Origin: Neodothiora populina
Taxonomy: Eukaryota
Reading direction: 5' to 3'
Assembly: GCF_041146345.1 (NCBI RefSeq)
Contig: NW_027191409.1
Coordinates: forward strand, 1,674,001-1,738,000
Length of the DNA stretch: 64,000 nucleotides
The translations under genes were made by a program, and so were the position numbers. Positions 37,762-50,834 of the stretch are shown here, one piece after another. Each line of letters opens with the position of its first letter. Position 1 is the stretch's first letter. The notes under the pieces were generated by a model. It was not told where the DNA came from and made no database searches. It saw only the letters and a list, made by a program, of their open reading frames with translations.

Positions 37762-38420
37762 CTACTCTGGATCGCTCTCCTCCATAGCTTCGTCATCTTC
37801 CATGTCCATGGGGGCCTCTTCCTTCTCGTCGTCACTTTCCTCTCTCGCCCGCTTGACACCCTGGCTGGCAGGACTAGCAGCGCTATCGGTGGCAGCAGCA
37901 GCTGGCTTCAGGCTCGGCGGAGGCGCTGTCGTCGTCGAAGCAAGAGCTCCAGCGGTTCCAGGGGGACCAGCAAAGATCGATTGCTGAAGGGAGCTTGATT
38001 GATTCTCTACTGCAGCCGAGGCAGAGGCGGGCGTGGGCTGCTTGTATGTTCCATCGAGCTTGGCGAGCGTGTCCGACTTTGCTTTTGCGTATTGTATCTT
38101 CTAGGGGAGATCTTAGTATATAGGTAGACATGGAAAAAAAGGAAGAAGATTACCATTTCCTTGCCAAAGAATTCCGAGCCTTGCGCCGCCCTCATGGCCT
38201 GTGTGCTCGCAGAGACGTCGCGGAACAAAACGTGAGCCTGACCGCGCATCTTTGGGGTCTTCATGCAGACAACGTCTAGAACTGGACCGTAGACCGAGAA
38301 GAGCATGTAGAGGGCGCGCTTGAGATGGTCCTTTTGGAACTTGTCGGGCAGGTTGGAGCAGTAGAGAGTGTGACTCGGTCGTGGCTGGGTGCCATTGGCA
38401 GGCGCATTGCTGGTCGCCAT
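37762..38420 (-). CDS. U2 snRNP B'' / U1A-family single-RRM spliceosomal protein; intron 38153-38101
   Basis: PSHTLYCSNLPDK..LKRALYMLFS.YG.VLDVV.MKT.KMRGQAHV.F..FFGKEM|KIQYAKSKSD, followed by an acidic tail. Confidence 0.9.
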
Positions 38421-38836
38421 GATTATGATGATTTTTGCTGGAGGTGATCCTCAAGTGTACTGGTCACTGTATCTACCTTATCTCAAGCAATGTACTGGAG
38501 GACGATCGAAGCAGACGAGATGGTAAGTCAGGTCAGTGCCTGATAGACTTGTGAAGTGGTATTGTCTGATTGATTAATCATATCATGTGGCAGCGCGACT
38601 TGTCTTTCTGCTTGTCTGAGCCCTGGATGCAAGCTGGAGAGAGCGAGAGGATTCGGCAGCGACCGAACAGCACGGACCCCTCTGTGCTGTACAAGTACTT
38701 CAGGTTGTAATTAAGCTAAGGTAATTACACAGCTAAGGTACCGGAACTGCGTCACCCCCATCCTGCACAGACCATATACCATTGCGGACCCCTCGGTGCC
38801 TGAGCTGTCACTGACAAGACAATAACACTACGACAA

Positions 38837-38889
38837 CCACCACCACCACCACCACCACCACCACCACCATCACCACCATCACCACCACT
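38837..38889. repeat. (CAC)n trinucleotide microsatellite upstream of ARC40
   Basis: About 17 near-perfect CAC/CAT units, ending about 70 bp before ATG 38960. Confidence 0.9.
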
Positions 38890-38959
38890 ACAACACCCGC
38901 CACAACTCTCTTCTCACCCCCAGGCAGTCGAGAGCAACTCCTGCCTATTCCGCATCATC

Positions 38960-40109
38960 ATGGCCGCTCCCCAGGTCCACCACCTCTTCCACCACCCAAT
39001 CGCCGACCACTCCTTCTCCGCCGATCGCAACACCCTCGCAGTCGCCAGGGACAACCTCGTCGAGCTCTACTCTACCAATGCCGGCAAGTTCGCCCTCCAG
39101 GATGAGCTCCGTGGTCACGACAAGCTTGTCACCGGTGTCGACATTGCCCCGAACAGCGGCAAGGTAGTCACCTGCAGTCAGGACAGGAACGCCTATGTCT
39201 GGGAGAGATCCGGCGATTCATGGCGTCCCACTCTTGTCCTGCTTCGCATCAACCGTGCAGCGACTTGTGTGAGATGGAGTCCCAGCGAGACCAAGTTTGC
39301 TGTCGGCAGTGGTGCCCGCATTGCTGCCGTCTGTTACTTTGAGGAAGAGAACGATTGGTGGGTGTCCAAGCACCTGAAGAAGCCTCTTCGCAGCACCGTC
39401 ACCAGCGTCGCCTGGCACCCGAACAGTGTCTTGCTCGCTCTGGGCAGTGCAGATGGACACGCCAGGGTTCTGAGTGCTTTCATCAAGGGCGTGGATGAGC
39501 GTCCCCAACCTAGCGTGTGGGGAGAGCGTCTGCCTTTCAACACCGTCTCTGGCGAGTTCCTGAACCAGACTGCTGGTTGGGTCAAGAGCGTGGCTTTCAG
39601 TCCCTCTGGAGATGCATTGGCTTTTGCCAGTCACGACTCGACCATCACTGTCGCCTACCCTGCTGGAGAGGGCCAACCTCCCCGTGCCATTCTGAACATT
39701 ACAACCCAGGTCCTCCCCTTTGCCGACCTCCTCTGGATCAGCGAGGGCGAGATTGTCTGTGCCGGATATGTAAGTTCTTCATATCGCCCTATACTGAAAT
39801 GTTGTGTTGATATTGATGATTCGACAGGATTGCGAGCCATTCCGATTCCGTGGCTCTGCTGAGGGCTGGGCTCTCGTCGGCTCCCTCGACCTTTCCGCGC
39901 AGGGCGATCACAGCAACCAGCGCGAGGAATCTGCCCTCAACATGTTCAGACAGATGGACCTCAAGGGCAAGAGCAAAGACGACACCCAGCTGAAGACCAT
40001 CCACCAGAATTCTATCAGCACTCTCCGCGACTACTCGGGCAGCCCCGACAATGTCCGCCAGATCAGCACCAGCGGTGTCGACGGAAGAGTTGTCATCTGG
40101 AACCTCTAA
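38960..40109 (+). CDS. ARC40: Arp2/3 complex subunit 1 (p40/p41, WD40); intron 39769-39827
   Basis: VTCSQDRNAYVW, PTLVLLRINRAAT.V.WSP.E.KFAVGSG, CYFEEENDWWVSKHLKKP, WGERLPF, SALNMFRQMDLKG, TIHQNSI. Confidence 0.96.
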
Positions 40110-40228
40110 ATCAATATCTCGGATCTTTATCATACATCGTATTCAGAACCAAAAAAACATGTGAAGAACTGACTACACACTCCGCTGAGCAATTATTCGT
40201 AACCACCTTACAAATGATCTTGGACAAG

Positions 40229-41538
40229 TCATGAGTCAGCGCTGCTTCGCGCATTATCGTCATCGCTTTCCGTGAGATCTATAACACCTGGCACGCTGCT
40301 ACGGAAGATGCCCTGCTCGCCACAAGTGATTTCAATCAGCCTTTCGACGACGTCCATATTCTCCATCTTTGCCAATGCGTTCAAGCGACCGTAGTAATCC
40401 CCCTCGCGTGGCCAACCATTCATGTAAAACGCATACGGCGCAGCCTCGTGCACCGCTTGGTCTTCATCTATGTTGACCCGGTGACAGAGCAGGTCGAGAT
40501 CTTCTAGCCTTTCCGACGGAGGGTAAAGGGCCATGAGAACGTCTTGTGTCATGGTTGGAGCTCGCTGAGTGCGCTGAACCTTATCAGCCAGATGCGAATG
40601 GCCCGCAGCGTTCAGCAGACTGATGCCTATCTGCATATTGTGACACGGACAGTTGCTGATGCTCGTTCTGGCGTCCTGCTCGAGGTAAGCCTCACTTCTT
40701 TTTGTTCTTTGAACGATACGACACTTACCTGCCTCGTGTCGCGGGTTGTGACTTTTCGTCGTTTTGATCCAAAAGCCACGGGTTCTGCCCTTTCCCGATA
40801 GGTGTGGCTTTTGGGTACGACCCCATCCTTTCGCGCTCGAAGGTTGTATCTCCTGAACACCACTACCAGAGCTTCTTCATTCGGCACGCCCGGCGTTTCG
40901 GCGACTTCCCGAAAAGAAGCCCGCGACTTCAGTTCGTCTTCTTCCTCGACACTGCCATCACGGCTAGTACCTAATGTGGCAGACGATGTCTCCTGTACGT
41001 ATGCATCACTCGATACAGAGGGTTCGACATCGTCTTCCTCATCCATCTCGAAAAGTTCTCTTTCGGTACGACTGCTACAGCTGGTCTGACTGACACTTCT
41101 TTCAAGACAAGATGCTTCTCGCGTTACTGCCCTATTATTCCCCACCGCTTCCTCGTAAGATGTACTTTGACTGCTACTGTTGGTATGCAATACATGATCT
41201 GACTCGCTGATCGACTGCGGTCCAAGTTCCATCGAGGGTACCACAGTCGGATGTCCCAACTCAATGGCATCTTCGACACTGTTGCTCGGGGTCGCTGAGG
41301 TTATATTGCATTGCACGATAGCGGTATCTGGAGCCTCTGTCGTCTTAAGTATTCTTCGACTCATGGACCCCTCAGCGGCTGCTCGAAGGACAGCCATGTT
41401 GGCCCTTTTCTTGACCATCTTGCCCTGTTGAGAGCCATCGTCGAGTGTCTGACCTTTGAGGTCGTGGATGGTACTTGCAGATGACGAAAGCGATATGGTG
41501 TCAATGGTCGAGCTCCTGTCGGAACTTCTTTCAGTCAT
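40229..41538 (-). CDS. Hypothetical protein (about 418 aa); exons 41538-40729 and 40675-40229
   Basis: Two ORFs join in frame across a 53-nt GTAAGT..CAG intron (DTRQ|DARTSISNCPCHNM). No recognisable family. Confidence 0.55.
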
Positions 41539-42526
41539 CGTCGCGGTTGATTGGAAATGTCATGAATGACTCGCAAAACGTAAAGCTCCAAATCCCCACC
41601 TGTGGGACCCGGTGGAATTCCAGCGCTTCGATACCTCCCGCAGACTTAAATGCGCCGCTATTCTCGGAATGGAACAGACAATACTCACATCTCCATCTAC
41701 AACAGTTGGCTAGGACAGTACAATAATGTGCGGCATGCAAATCTGTGAGCCATTTGAATTCGGCAGATATCCTTTTGCACAGCGCAGCTTCTTGTGCTGT
41801 ATCAGGAAAATCTGGACGACCCCACACAGCTACGTGTACTCAATCAATCTTGTGCATGCATATATCATCGCGGATGCAGACTGGCACTTACCGAAAACAA
41901 ATCTAAATAGAGACCCTGCAGATTGAAGCAAACAACTGGCCATGCGCCGGACTGCTCGTGCGATTTACATCCGCGCAGTCTCGACAGGGTGACCTATGCA
42001 CAATCACTTGTTAGGCGAATCTAATATATCATAGTGCTATCGCAGCATTCAACACACGTTCGAAAAGATCGGTCCTCCAATATATGCCAAACCTCAACCT
42101 GGTTTATCGCTTCATGGCTGCGCAGCCGATGTACTAGAGCACTGGGACAGGGTGTCGCTTGCACGAGGTGGACAGTATTGGCGGCAGTACGGCGTTGTCT
42201 GATCCGCGATCTTGCCTGACAGTGTTGTCGCAAAATCTGCAAATTCTACACCAAGGCTGGCGGCTAGCTGTCCATGCGAAGCCATAGCATCTGGTCGTTG
42301 AAAATTCTTTGGTGTGAAATACTGCAAGCTTCACAATTCACTACATCCCTACCCTCTCGAGCCAGATATTCGGAGCAACGCACTGTCGCTGGAATCTCCC
42401 TAAAGTATGCTCGCAAAGTATTGACTCCGTCAGAGGTCACTTGTCCGCCTTATGACTGCGGCATAGCCTCCTGCCAGCTAACATCCATCCACAATCTCGG
42501 CTGTGTCATCTCACACATCCTCACCC

Positions 42527-44391
42527 ATGAACAAGCCGCTTAATCCTTGGACCTGTCCTGATCCCCACAACGAGCTCGACTTTGCTGATTGGGAAGAGAA
42601 GTGGCTGGTACTTTCCTCTGCAGCCTTGGCACCGAACGGAACTGACTCCTATAGATCAAAGTCATCTACACGGCAAAGGCTATCTGGCAAAGGTATCTCC
42701 AATGGGCTAACAAAGGTCCATTATTCCAGACCCTTTGTTCAGATGCCAGTGGTAAAGATTCGAAGGGCAAAGTCCCGCCATTGACACAGGCATTACGAAA
42801 GATTATCTTCAAAAACACACCGCAGCATGAGCCACAGATTCTACGATGGATCGTGAACAAGTTCATCGGAAGAGCAAGAAAATTCCAGCATATCTATGCT
42901 CCGTATGCCTGTAGCCCAAAAGGCGTGGTCCATATGGAGTTTCAATGGGCTTGCGACAAGGTTGATATTAGCATACCGCCGAATCAATGGCCTCGAAGCA
43001 CAAAGTATTGCCGGACCACTCAGCCAACTACCACTGATGCTAGTCGATTCTCAAGGCGATCCATGGCAGCAGGGCAACATGTGCCATATGAAGGTTCAAG
43101 TCGATGTCTGCGGAGTGGTAAACAACGCGATCCTGGTACTATCGTGGTCAGGGATCCAATTGATGAGTACGAGCAGAACAATATCGAAATTCATTCACAC
43201 CAAACAGAGGGTTTAAGGACGGACGAAATGCCAGACGATACGCGAGGTGCCCAGGGTCCAATCGTCTCGAAATTCTTCGTGAAAAGCCGCATCTCGCCTG
43301 TCCCCTCGGGAACATCGACACCAGACACGCTTCCGCGCTGGAAGGGAAAAGAGCGAGCCGATATCAGGATGATCGCAGAGGCAATCCATCCATCACCATT
43401 GCCCGGTCGTTTCGTAATCCAGTCATCAGCAGCTACAGATGATGACCTCCCATACGCCGTATTTGACGGACACGGCACTAGCGATCACACGCACGAGTCG
43501 CCTGCAGGTATCTCGGTCGGCAAAGTAGACGCAGAGATTATGGATCATAGTGACCTCGCCTCTTTCCACACTGCGCCTCATTCTTCGACGAGTGCCTTGC
43601 GTGCTCAAAACGACCTTGAGGCAACACGTTGTGGATCCATCCGTAACAGAGGCATGTCTTCTGCCCTAGTACGAGTTCCAGCAACGCCGCATATCTCGCC
43701 GGCCCAATACGGATCTCCGCATATAGACCACGAGGCCGAGCAAGTCTTCGAATGCGACCTGGAGAAGGAGCGGGATTGGTGGAAGGATCTTGGAGTCGCA
43801 ATCATGAAGGAAAGTCTTTCGCAATACGTGCCGGCAGTTGAAGATCAAGACACGCGTGATCAGAATGTGCATTTCGGAGGTAGATTGCTCGACCACGGAG
43901 CGCGCCTGTCGCGAGTCCCGCAAACGGCGTTATGCTATCTCACGATTGGAACGAAGCACTTGCGCAACTGTCACAGTCTTGCTTCCAAGGCAGCGTGGTG
44001 GCGACGAGTGGCAGATACGGTCTTGGAAGGTCATGCTGTGCTGCAAATGCAGACGTCAGGACCAGGCCGACACCAAGCAAGATACTATCTTGAGCTCGCA
44101 GAGAAAATCTATACACACGCAGGCTCCATATCTACACCGTCACGTAGCACAAGACGACAAACTAACCACAGCAGCAATGGTAGGTCGTCCTTCCATCGAC
44201 ACATTGCTGGCAGGTTTCAATCACACGTTCCGGCAACGTCAAATGCTTTGGACGCAGGGAGCATCGCGGCTAATACAAGAAGACGCAGAGGGACGACCGA
44301 AACGTCTTCTGTTCGAGTGTTGAGACCGTGGCAATGGCGCGGTAGCCACTATGGTTCACAGACAAGCTCCCAGACGATCGACTATGGCTGA
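42527..44391 (+). CDS. Hypothetical protein; 5' and 3' exon structure uncertain (may extend to about 44761)
   Basis: 536-codon ORF, with a possible upstream exon joined by a short in-phase intron (42752-42789). No recognisable domain. Confidence 0.45.
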
Positions 44392-45220
44392 GAAAGGCAG
44401 GCGAACGATTGTTCGGTAGCACCAAATCACAATTGCCTTGGGCGTGCACTGGACTCTTGTGTTAGGGGAGGCATTACACACCGAGTGACCAAACCAATAG
44501 ATACGCACAAGGCAGGTTGACCACTTCAACAGATCTGACAGTATTACCATCCATGCAAGAACTGATCTACCTGAGGAAGTGACGTGTTCATTGCGCTTGA
44601 GTGATACCAGTGAGCAAACAAACAGCTTGCAAGCATTGCTCGCTGCTTTGCTAAGCGATGACCAGATAAGCGCGTTGAGTGAATTATACCTTATCGAGCT
44701 GGCACTGATAGAAAGATGCAGTGAAGCATTATTGAGCTTTGCTTCACTTTGTACGGAGTAGATGAAGTTGATCACTTAGCGCTCTTATTGTGCCTGTATA
44801 TCCGGACCCTTGATCCGGAGCGGACCGCGAGGCGTTCGAAACTGCCGAATGCACGGAATAAGTGAAGCTCAAAACGCGGCGCCAGGGTTTCTGACTGAAG
44901 AACGAGCCGAGGCCGTGCGTCATCTCCAAGTCGCGTGTCGCGTCTTCGTCGTTGCCCTTTGCTTAAAGGTGCTGCTGCTATCCTTTGCGATCCACTGGTT
45001 CACTGTGGGTTCGCATTCGTCGATATCGTACGTTTTGTGATTCATTTTTTGCTTCTTGTGATTACGAAAAATGATTCGATTGAAGAAGTGATTGCAATTG
45101 GATTACGATACCCTTCGTGGTAGCTTTGATTCCCTTCACTTCCGATCATCCATCACACAGTGCTTCTCTTATCAGATCGTACTTGTACAGTTGTCTGGTG
45201 GCAGTGAATATAGCCAGATC

Positions 45221-46962
45221 ATGTCAATACCTTCGTCACCGCCAGCTCTCCCTGATGAAGTCTTTAATGACCCGCCGAGCTCACCCCCTTTGCCGCCTGT
45301 GGTCTTTCCTACACGAAAACGACATGCAGACTATGAAAGTAGTCTGTCGAGCGATCCCATCTTCTCAGAGGATGCTTCCGAAGAGTCTGAGATGATAGGC
45401 GTGTTCAAGAAGAAAAAGTATACCAAAGGACCGTGGTTCAGACATGCGTCTTCTCATCTTCAGGAGATTGCAGCTTCGGCCTCTCAGAACAAAGACTCCG
45501 TATGACTTATCCCATGCTTCTGTTCAGTACACAATTGCTTATGCATACAATCAGGGAGTATGGATGGGCTCAGACAGTTCCACGGACAGTATCGCGGGAT
45601 GCAACAAACGTGTGCAGACCCTGTCGTTTCAAGACTTTGCAGTGAAGCGCGCGCCTACGATTGCCCCTGCGGCCAAGGCAAAGAGTCCTCAAGATGTCGC
45701 GGCGGAGCTTGTCTTTAGGGCAGTGGATGCTTGTCAGGAGACAATTGACCTTTCGTACGTGGCTTGATTGGTTCTGCCAACGTTTTCGCTGACTTGAGGC
45801 CAGAGAAATGCAGCTTCGAAGTATTCCGAATGAAGTATTACGTCCATTGCATCAGCTCATCCGTCTGCCAATCGCTGTGGACGACAGCCAAAAGATCACG
45901 GCTGACCACTACGCTCCACTAACGCCCGAGATTAAACTGTATCTGGCGAAGAACGAGCTTACTACTTTACCATCGGAGCTGTGGAATTTGGGTAATTTGA
46001 CCGTGTTAAGTCTACGAAATAATGAACTGACAGAATTGCCTCCATCTGCTGCACGTCTGCGCAATCTGAAAGAACTAAACGTGGCTGGAAACCAGCTTCA
46101 ATGTCTACCATGGGAACTTCTGAGTCTGTTGCTTGCGGATGAACGCAAGCTGCGTACCACACTGGGCCCCAATCCCTTTTTACAACCGTTGGGGCTTCGT
46201 CCATCCCCAATGCTCAGTCGCTTTAGAGTCCCGAACTCTACAGGAGAATGCTTGAAGAACTTGCGCACAATTCGTGCTCGCTTCCCTACAGCTGCCGCCT
46301 CGGATACGACTTATGAGGCTTTACTCATACGATTACACGAGACGCGCTTGCATCAGATTGAATGCTCGTCTCAAGAAGAATGCACAGATAATGATGAACC
46401 AAATCGACAGACCATTCGTGACTCGCAGCCCATATATGTTGCATCGTCTAAGACTACTTACCTCGACTTTGACGGATCTGTCATGCGATCCCCAATGTCT
46501 TCTTTCTCTCCCCGCACCACATCAAATACTACCGCGACGTTATCACCGACACCCTTACCACAGAAGAACTTATCATCAGCTCCCTCGCTCTTCGAGCTAA
46601 GCGCTCGTGCATGCGCTCGATCTCCCTACATCGACCAATTATCAGACCTTCTACCCGACGACGCCTCACCTCCCGTAACAGGCGCTCTCGACAGAGTCAT
46701 CAAAACCAAAAGTCTCGGTCTCTCAACTTGCTCAGTATGTCGCAAGCACTACGTCATCCCGCGAGCAGAGTGGATAGAGTATTGGTTCGACGGCCATGGA
46801 TCTGGCGAGCAGTTTCTTCCTTTTCTAAGACGCGCTTGCTCTTGGAGATGTGTGGAGGGGTTGTCGACAACGAGAGCTCGCGAGTTGGACGCTATTCGCG
46901 AGACTGTCGCGCAGGTGGGAGCGTCGGTATCGACGGCTGAGTTTGACGAAGAGAACTTGTAA
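45221..46962 (+). CDS. Leucine-rich-repeat protein with a C-terminal Cys-rich (CxxC..CSW.C) module; two introns near 45500-45554 and 45754-45803
   Basis: LYLAKNELTTLP, LSLRNNELTELP and LNVAGNQLQCLP repeats; DS|GVWMGSD splice junction; PSLFELS..C, CSVCRK..EWIEYW..PFLRRACSW.C. Confidence 0.85.
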
Positions 46963-47642
46963 ACAGGCGCTTTCTTTTGTTCTTGTCGAGCTGTTCGCGG
47001 ATGAGTGCAAGGTTATCGAACATTCTGCGAGGAGCCTTGGTTTGAGCGTTCCATCATATGCTCCGGTCTTGTACAAAGGAGGCATATTGCGCGGATTTCA
47101 TCCTTGTTGTACACATGCACATGGCATCATATTGTACGAATGCTTTTCCGTAGCACTTCAATGCAGAAGAAGAAGAACGCACATGATCGCTACCTATATC
47201 GCATCTACGAATGACGCCGGGGATTGTGTCATGTCCTTAATTCGAGACCAATGTAAACACTGTAAGAAAGCTATTGTACAGCGGATCGATGAACCAGAAA
47301 CAGAGGACGTGAATACCGACAGCTATAACCAATCAAAATCGCAGTAAAGTGTCCCCACCCTGTTCGCAACCCGCCGATTCCTCAAACTGACAGAACGCCG
47401 TGTCTCCAGCAACGCCACCACGGCCACTTGGCCATAAGTATGAAATCCCCTCAGTACAAGAGAAAACACGCAAACTCAAGATCGACCAAAGAGAAGGAAA
47501 CTTGATCAAGCAAGCAATGTCGTAAAGGCATCAGCAGCGGTGAAGACCAGCAATATCGAAATCCAGCACCACGATTCACCCAGCAGCATCATTGTTGACC
47601 GACATCATGGCAGACTGGTAACACCATTCCCTAGCAAGAGAC

Positions 47643-48569
47643 TCAAGCACCAGTAGCATCAGAAACAACAACAGTAGAGAACCGCGTAGCACAAGCCGGC
47701 GGCGTGAAAGACACCGTGACTCCGTCGCATGAGTTCTCGTCGTAGCAGCTATTCATTCGCCACATGAGTCAGCATTTCTTGTTTCCAAGTCTTTCCGATC
47801 CACCATTTGTACATTGCTAGATAGCTACTCGGTGGACTGATGCGGAGAGTGAGAAGAAATAGAGGGGCGACTAGCGGCAAGATCGTAGGAGAAAGAAATA
47901 GGTGAAAAAAGAACTCACCCTCCATATCGCACATAGCAAGAATTGATATAATCCTTACAGACACTGCGGGGCTTACACGGCGGTGTCGAAGAAGTCGCAG
48001 CAGCAGCAGCAGCTCCTCCGGAATCAGGTAGTGTTGCGTTCTTCCTGCTGTTGAGACTCGTGGCTGATGTTATCAGGGCGCTTATTGCTGCGTCTGTTTC
48101 CGTTTCTGCTCCTGTTCCTGTTGCTGTTGTTGAGGTCGATGTTGCTGATACTGATGCTGATGATGAGGTCGGTATTGATGATGGAGTGAGGGTCGATAGT
48201 AGAGACAAAGACGATGAATCGTCGTCGTCTGCTCTGGGTACTATCTTCGCTCGAGGGGTTTGTAAACACGGTGGGGAAGCGAAGGCTGTGTCGAAGGATG
48301 TGTGGCAGGAACCATAGCATCTTTTCGCTTCTGTTAGTGAATACTTTCCACAACAACCATCTCTTTTGATCACTAATGACTATGTCCGCATATGGGAGGA
48401 GCAGAGAGGGATTCTGATTAGCTCACCCTCCATAAGTCACGCCGCAAGCATTCGTAGCCATCCGACACGCGATCTGACAGTCGTCGCCTCTTTCGGGAGT
48501 TCGCTCCTCAATCACCGCCGTAGCGCTTGCTAGAGCGGTATATATGAACAGCAAGCCAGGGATCAACAT
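47643..48569 (-). CDS. Small secreted Cys-rich protein with two copies of a Cys module separated by a Ser/Thr linker; exons 48569-48427, 48320-47919, 47748-47643
   Basis: Signal peptide MLIPGLLFIYTALASA; modules C..AC..NACG.TYGG|CY..C..F..PPC and C..VC..NSC..RYGG|CY..C..F.PPAC. Confidence 0.8.
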
Positions 48570-49415
48570 TTTGAGGGTCGTGCTATAATGTCTAGTAAAA
48601 GAAATATAAGAAGAGATAGGTTTCGGGTTGCTGGCATTGTGTATAGAGAGCAAAACGAGAGAGGTGGGAGTGCGAAACAATTTATATAAACACCTCGGTA
48701 CACCGATAACTTTTCCGAGACTCCACGTCTCTGTGATACCGCACCTCGACGACAAACAGTTGCCAAGATGAGACCATCGATCGATGGTGCTGATCATGAT
48801 GATGGAAATGCTCTGGAATGTGGCTTTCTCTTGAGTTTACAATTGGAAAGAAGTTGAGATGGGCAGTCCGTCCCAGGAATGTGGGAATTGGGGGTGGCGG
48901 AATTCAGATTGAGTATAAGAAATAATCATCGTGCTGTGGAGAAGTGGCTGAGGGTGGCGAACGATTATGGGTCTCCTCGACTCGAGGGTGAGCAGAATGT
49001 ACAAGCTGGGGGTTTTTCTAAGGTGTTATGAAGTACGGAGTTAGTTGTGGGAAGCATTGTTGCATTTCTCAATTCCAGTCTCAAGTAGGCAGGCGCCGTG
49101 CTGCACACATCTGACGGGTACATGTTCGATCTGTCCGAAGCAACCTCTGGATAATGTGTACGGACGACTTTGTCCAATTAGCGTTTAGTAATAGTGTAGG
49201 ATCTGTGCGAATTAGAGCTTCAATGGCGATGATACCATAGTAAAGAGCTGACAAGAAGTGAAGATAAAAGATTAACCAGAAGCAAAACCACCCCCAAAAG
49301 GTATCATCTCCCATGTAAAGCCCACCAAACGCCCTTTTCCCATATTCAATAGTTGTTCGCCATCATTATGCGAATTGAGCATGTATTTGTCGCGACGAAC
49401 AGGGCAGGTGAAAGC

Positions 49416-50069
49416 TCACGGCGACTGTGGAGGCATCTCGCTGACTTCCGTTCTTGCTTTGCCCTTTTTCAACTTTGTACGTCCCGACTCCAAGTCATGT
49501 GCTGCAGGCGTGCCTCCCCTAGCTTCGTTCAAATCCCGAATCACATCCGAGTCGGTTCTGTCGAGCGCATTCCTCTCCCTGACCACAGACATTTGTCTCG
49601 CGCTGCCCCCGTATTGTTGTTGATGATATCTACCGTACGGATCAGAAGAAGCCAGTGAAGCGCTGTCGTTCGCGCCGTCGTGGTTGCGATAGAGCTGAGG
49701 ACCCGGTGACTGGGTCATGGGTGCCGAGCGCTGTGTGATGCCGGCGTTGAAACCCTCGGTGATTTTGTCTTGCTTTCGTCTGTAGCGACGGTGTAGATAG
49801 ATGCCGATGGCGAAGATGAGGATGAAGCCGATGAAGAGAACGATGACCATGGCGATCCATCTCTTGTGCAGATCCCAGCTTTGATTCAAGTCAGTCTTAT
49901 GCTTTATTTGCCATGAAGAAAAGCACAGTATGGTGGAAGAGATGACTTACTATGAGTGATGAGTCGTACTGCTACTACTGTCACCGCCGCCGATACTAAT
50001 GTCCGTTGGAGTGACGGCGGTCCCAGCAGCCGTCGCGGTTGGCACATTCGTGATAGTAATTTCTGCCAT
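49416..50069 (-). CDS. Small single-pass membrane protein; intron 49950-49879
   Basis: Ser/Thr-rich N-terminus, YWDLHKRWIAMVIVLFIGFILIFAIGIYL TM, basic stop-transfer HRRYRRK; frames join across GTAAGT..AAAG. Confidence 0.75.
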
Positions 50070-50834
50070 GTTTTCTTGGTTCGGGCATGCGTTACTGCAA
50101 GACCAGGAGGAAGAGACGAAAGCTTGTCGAGAAATGCGACAACAAGGTCCTGGGATAAACAACGTTGTCGACTCGATGCTTATCGTCCAAGCTATGGATT
50201 ATATCGGCATGGACAAGTAGCTCTTGAGCTTCAAGCAATGTTATGCCAGATCGTCTATCAATGGGAAGGTCTGATCTATCGTTCTCTTGCCAGATGTGGA
50301 AGCGACGTTGTCGAGCAGTGCATTCTCTGCTCCATACGACAACGACTCGAACAGAAAACAAGTCTCTGGGATCAACAGATTCATTAGACGATTGCGCCAT
50401 GGGAAAACACCACGAGGCAGTGGGTGGGGAGACCAGTTGATTAACCAATGGATTAATTGATCATCCGTGGCCTGAGCCTCATAGCTCCTGCAAGGGGTTT
50501 AGTGTTGTCTCTGTGTCGCTTCGAACCTGTGCATTCAATGCATGCGGCTCTTCACGCCTCGTGTCGGAATCTGGTTTGGTACTGTACACGTACGATCGGC
50601 GCGACCATTGAATCTGCAAGACAACCGTACACGACACCGTCTTGCTGGGGACTATCAATCATTCCTGAGGGATTGAATTGGGAACGATTCCAGCCCGTTG
50701 TGTTGCGTACGACGCTGGTGCTCGCCAAACCTCCGTTGACCTAAAAATGAAACAGACTTGCGGGCCGTCTCCGCTTTTAGCTTCTGTCACAAGAGCTCTC
50801 GTCCACTAGCGTCAAGCCATGAACCTGTCTCAGC

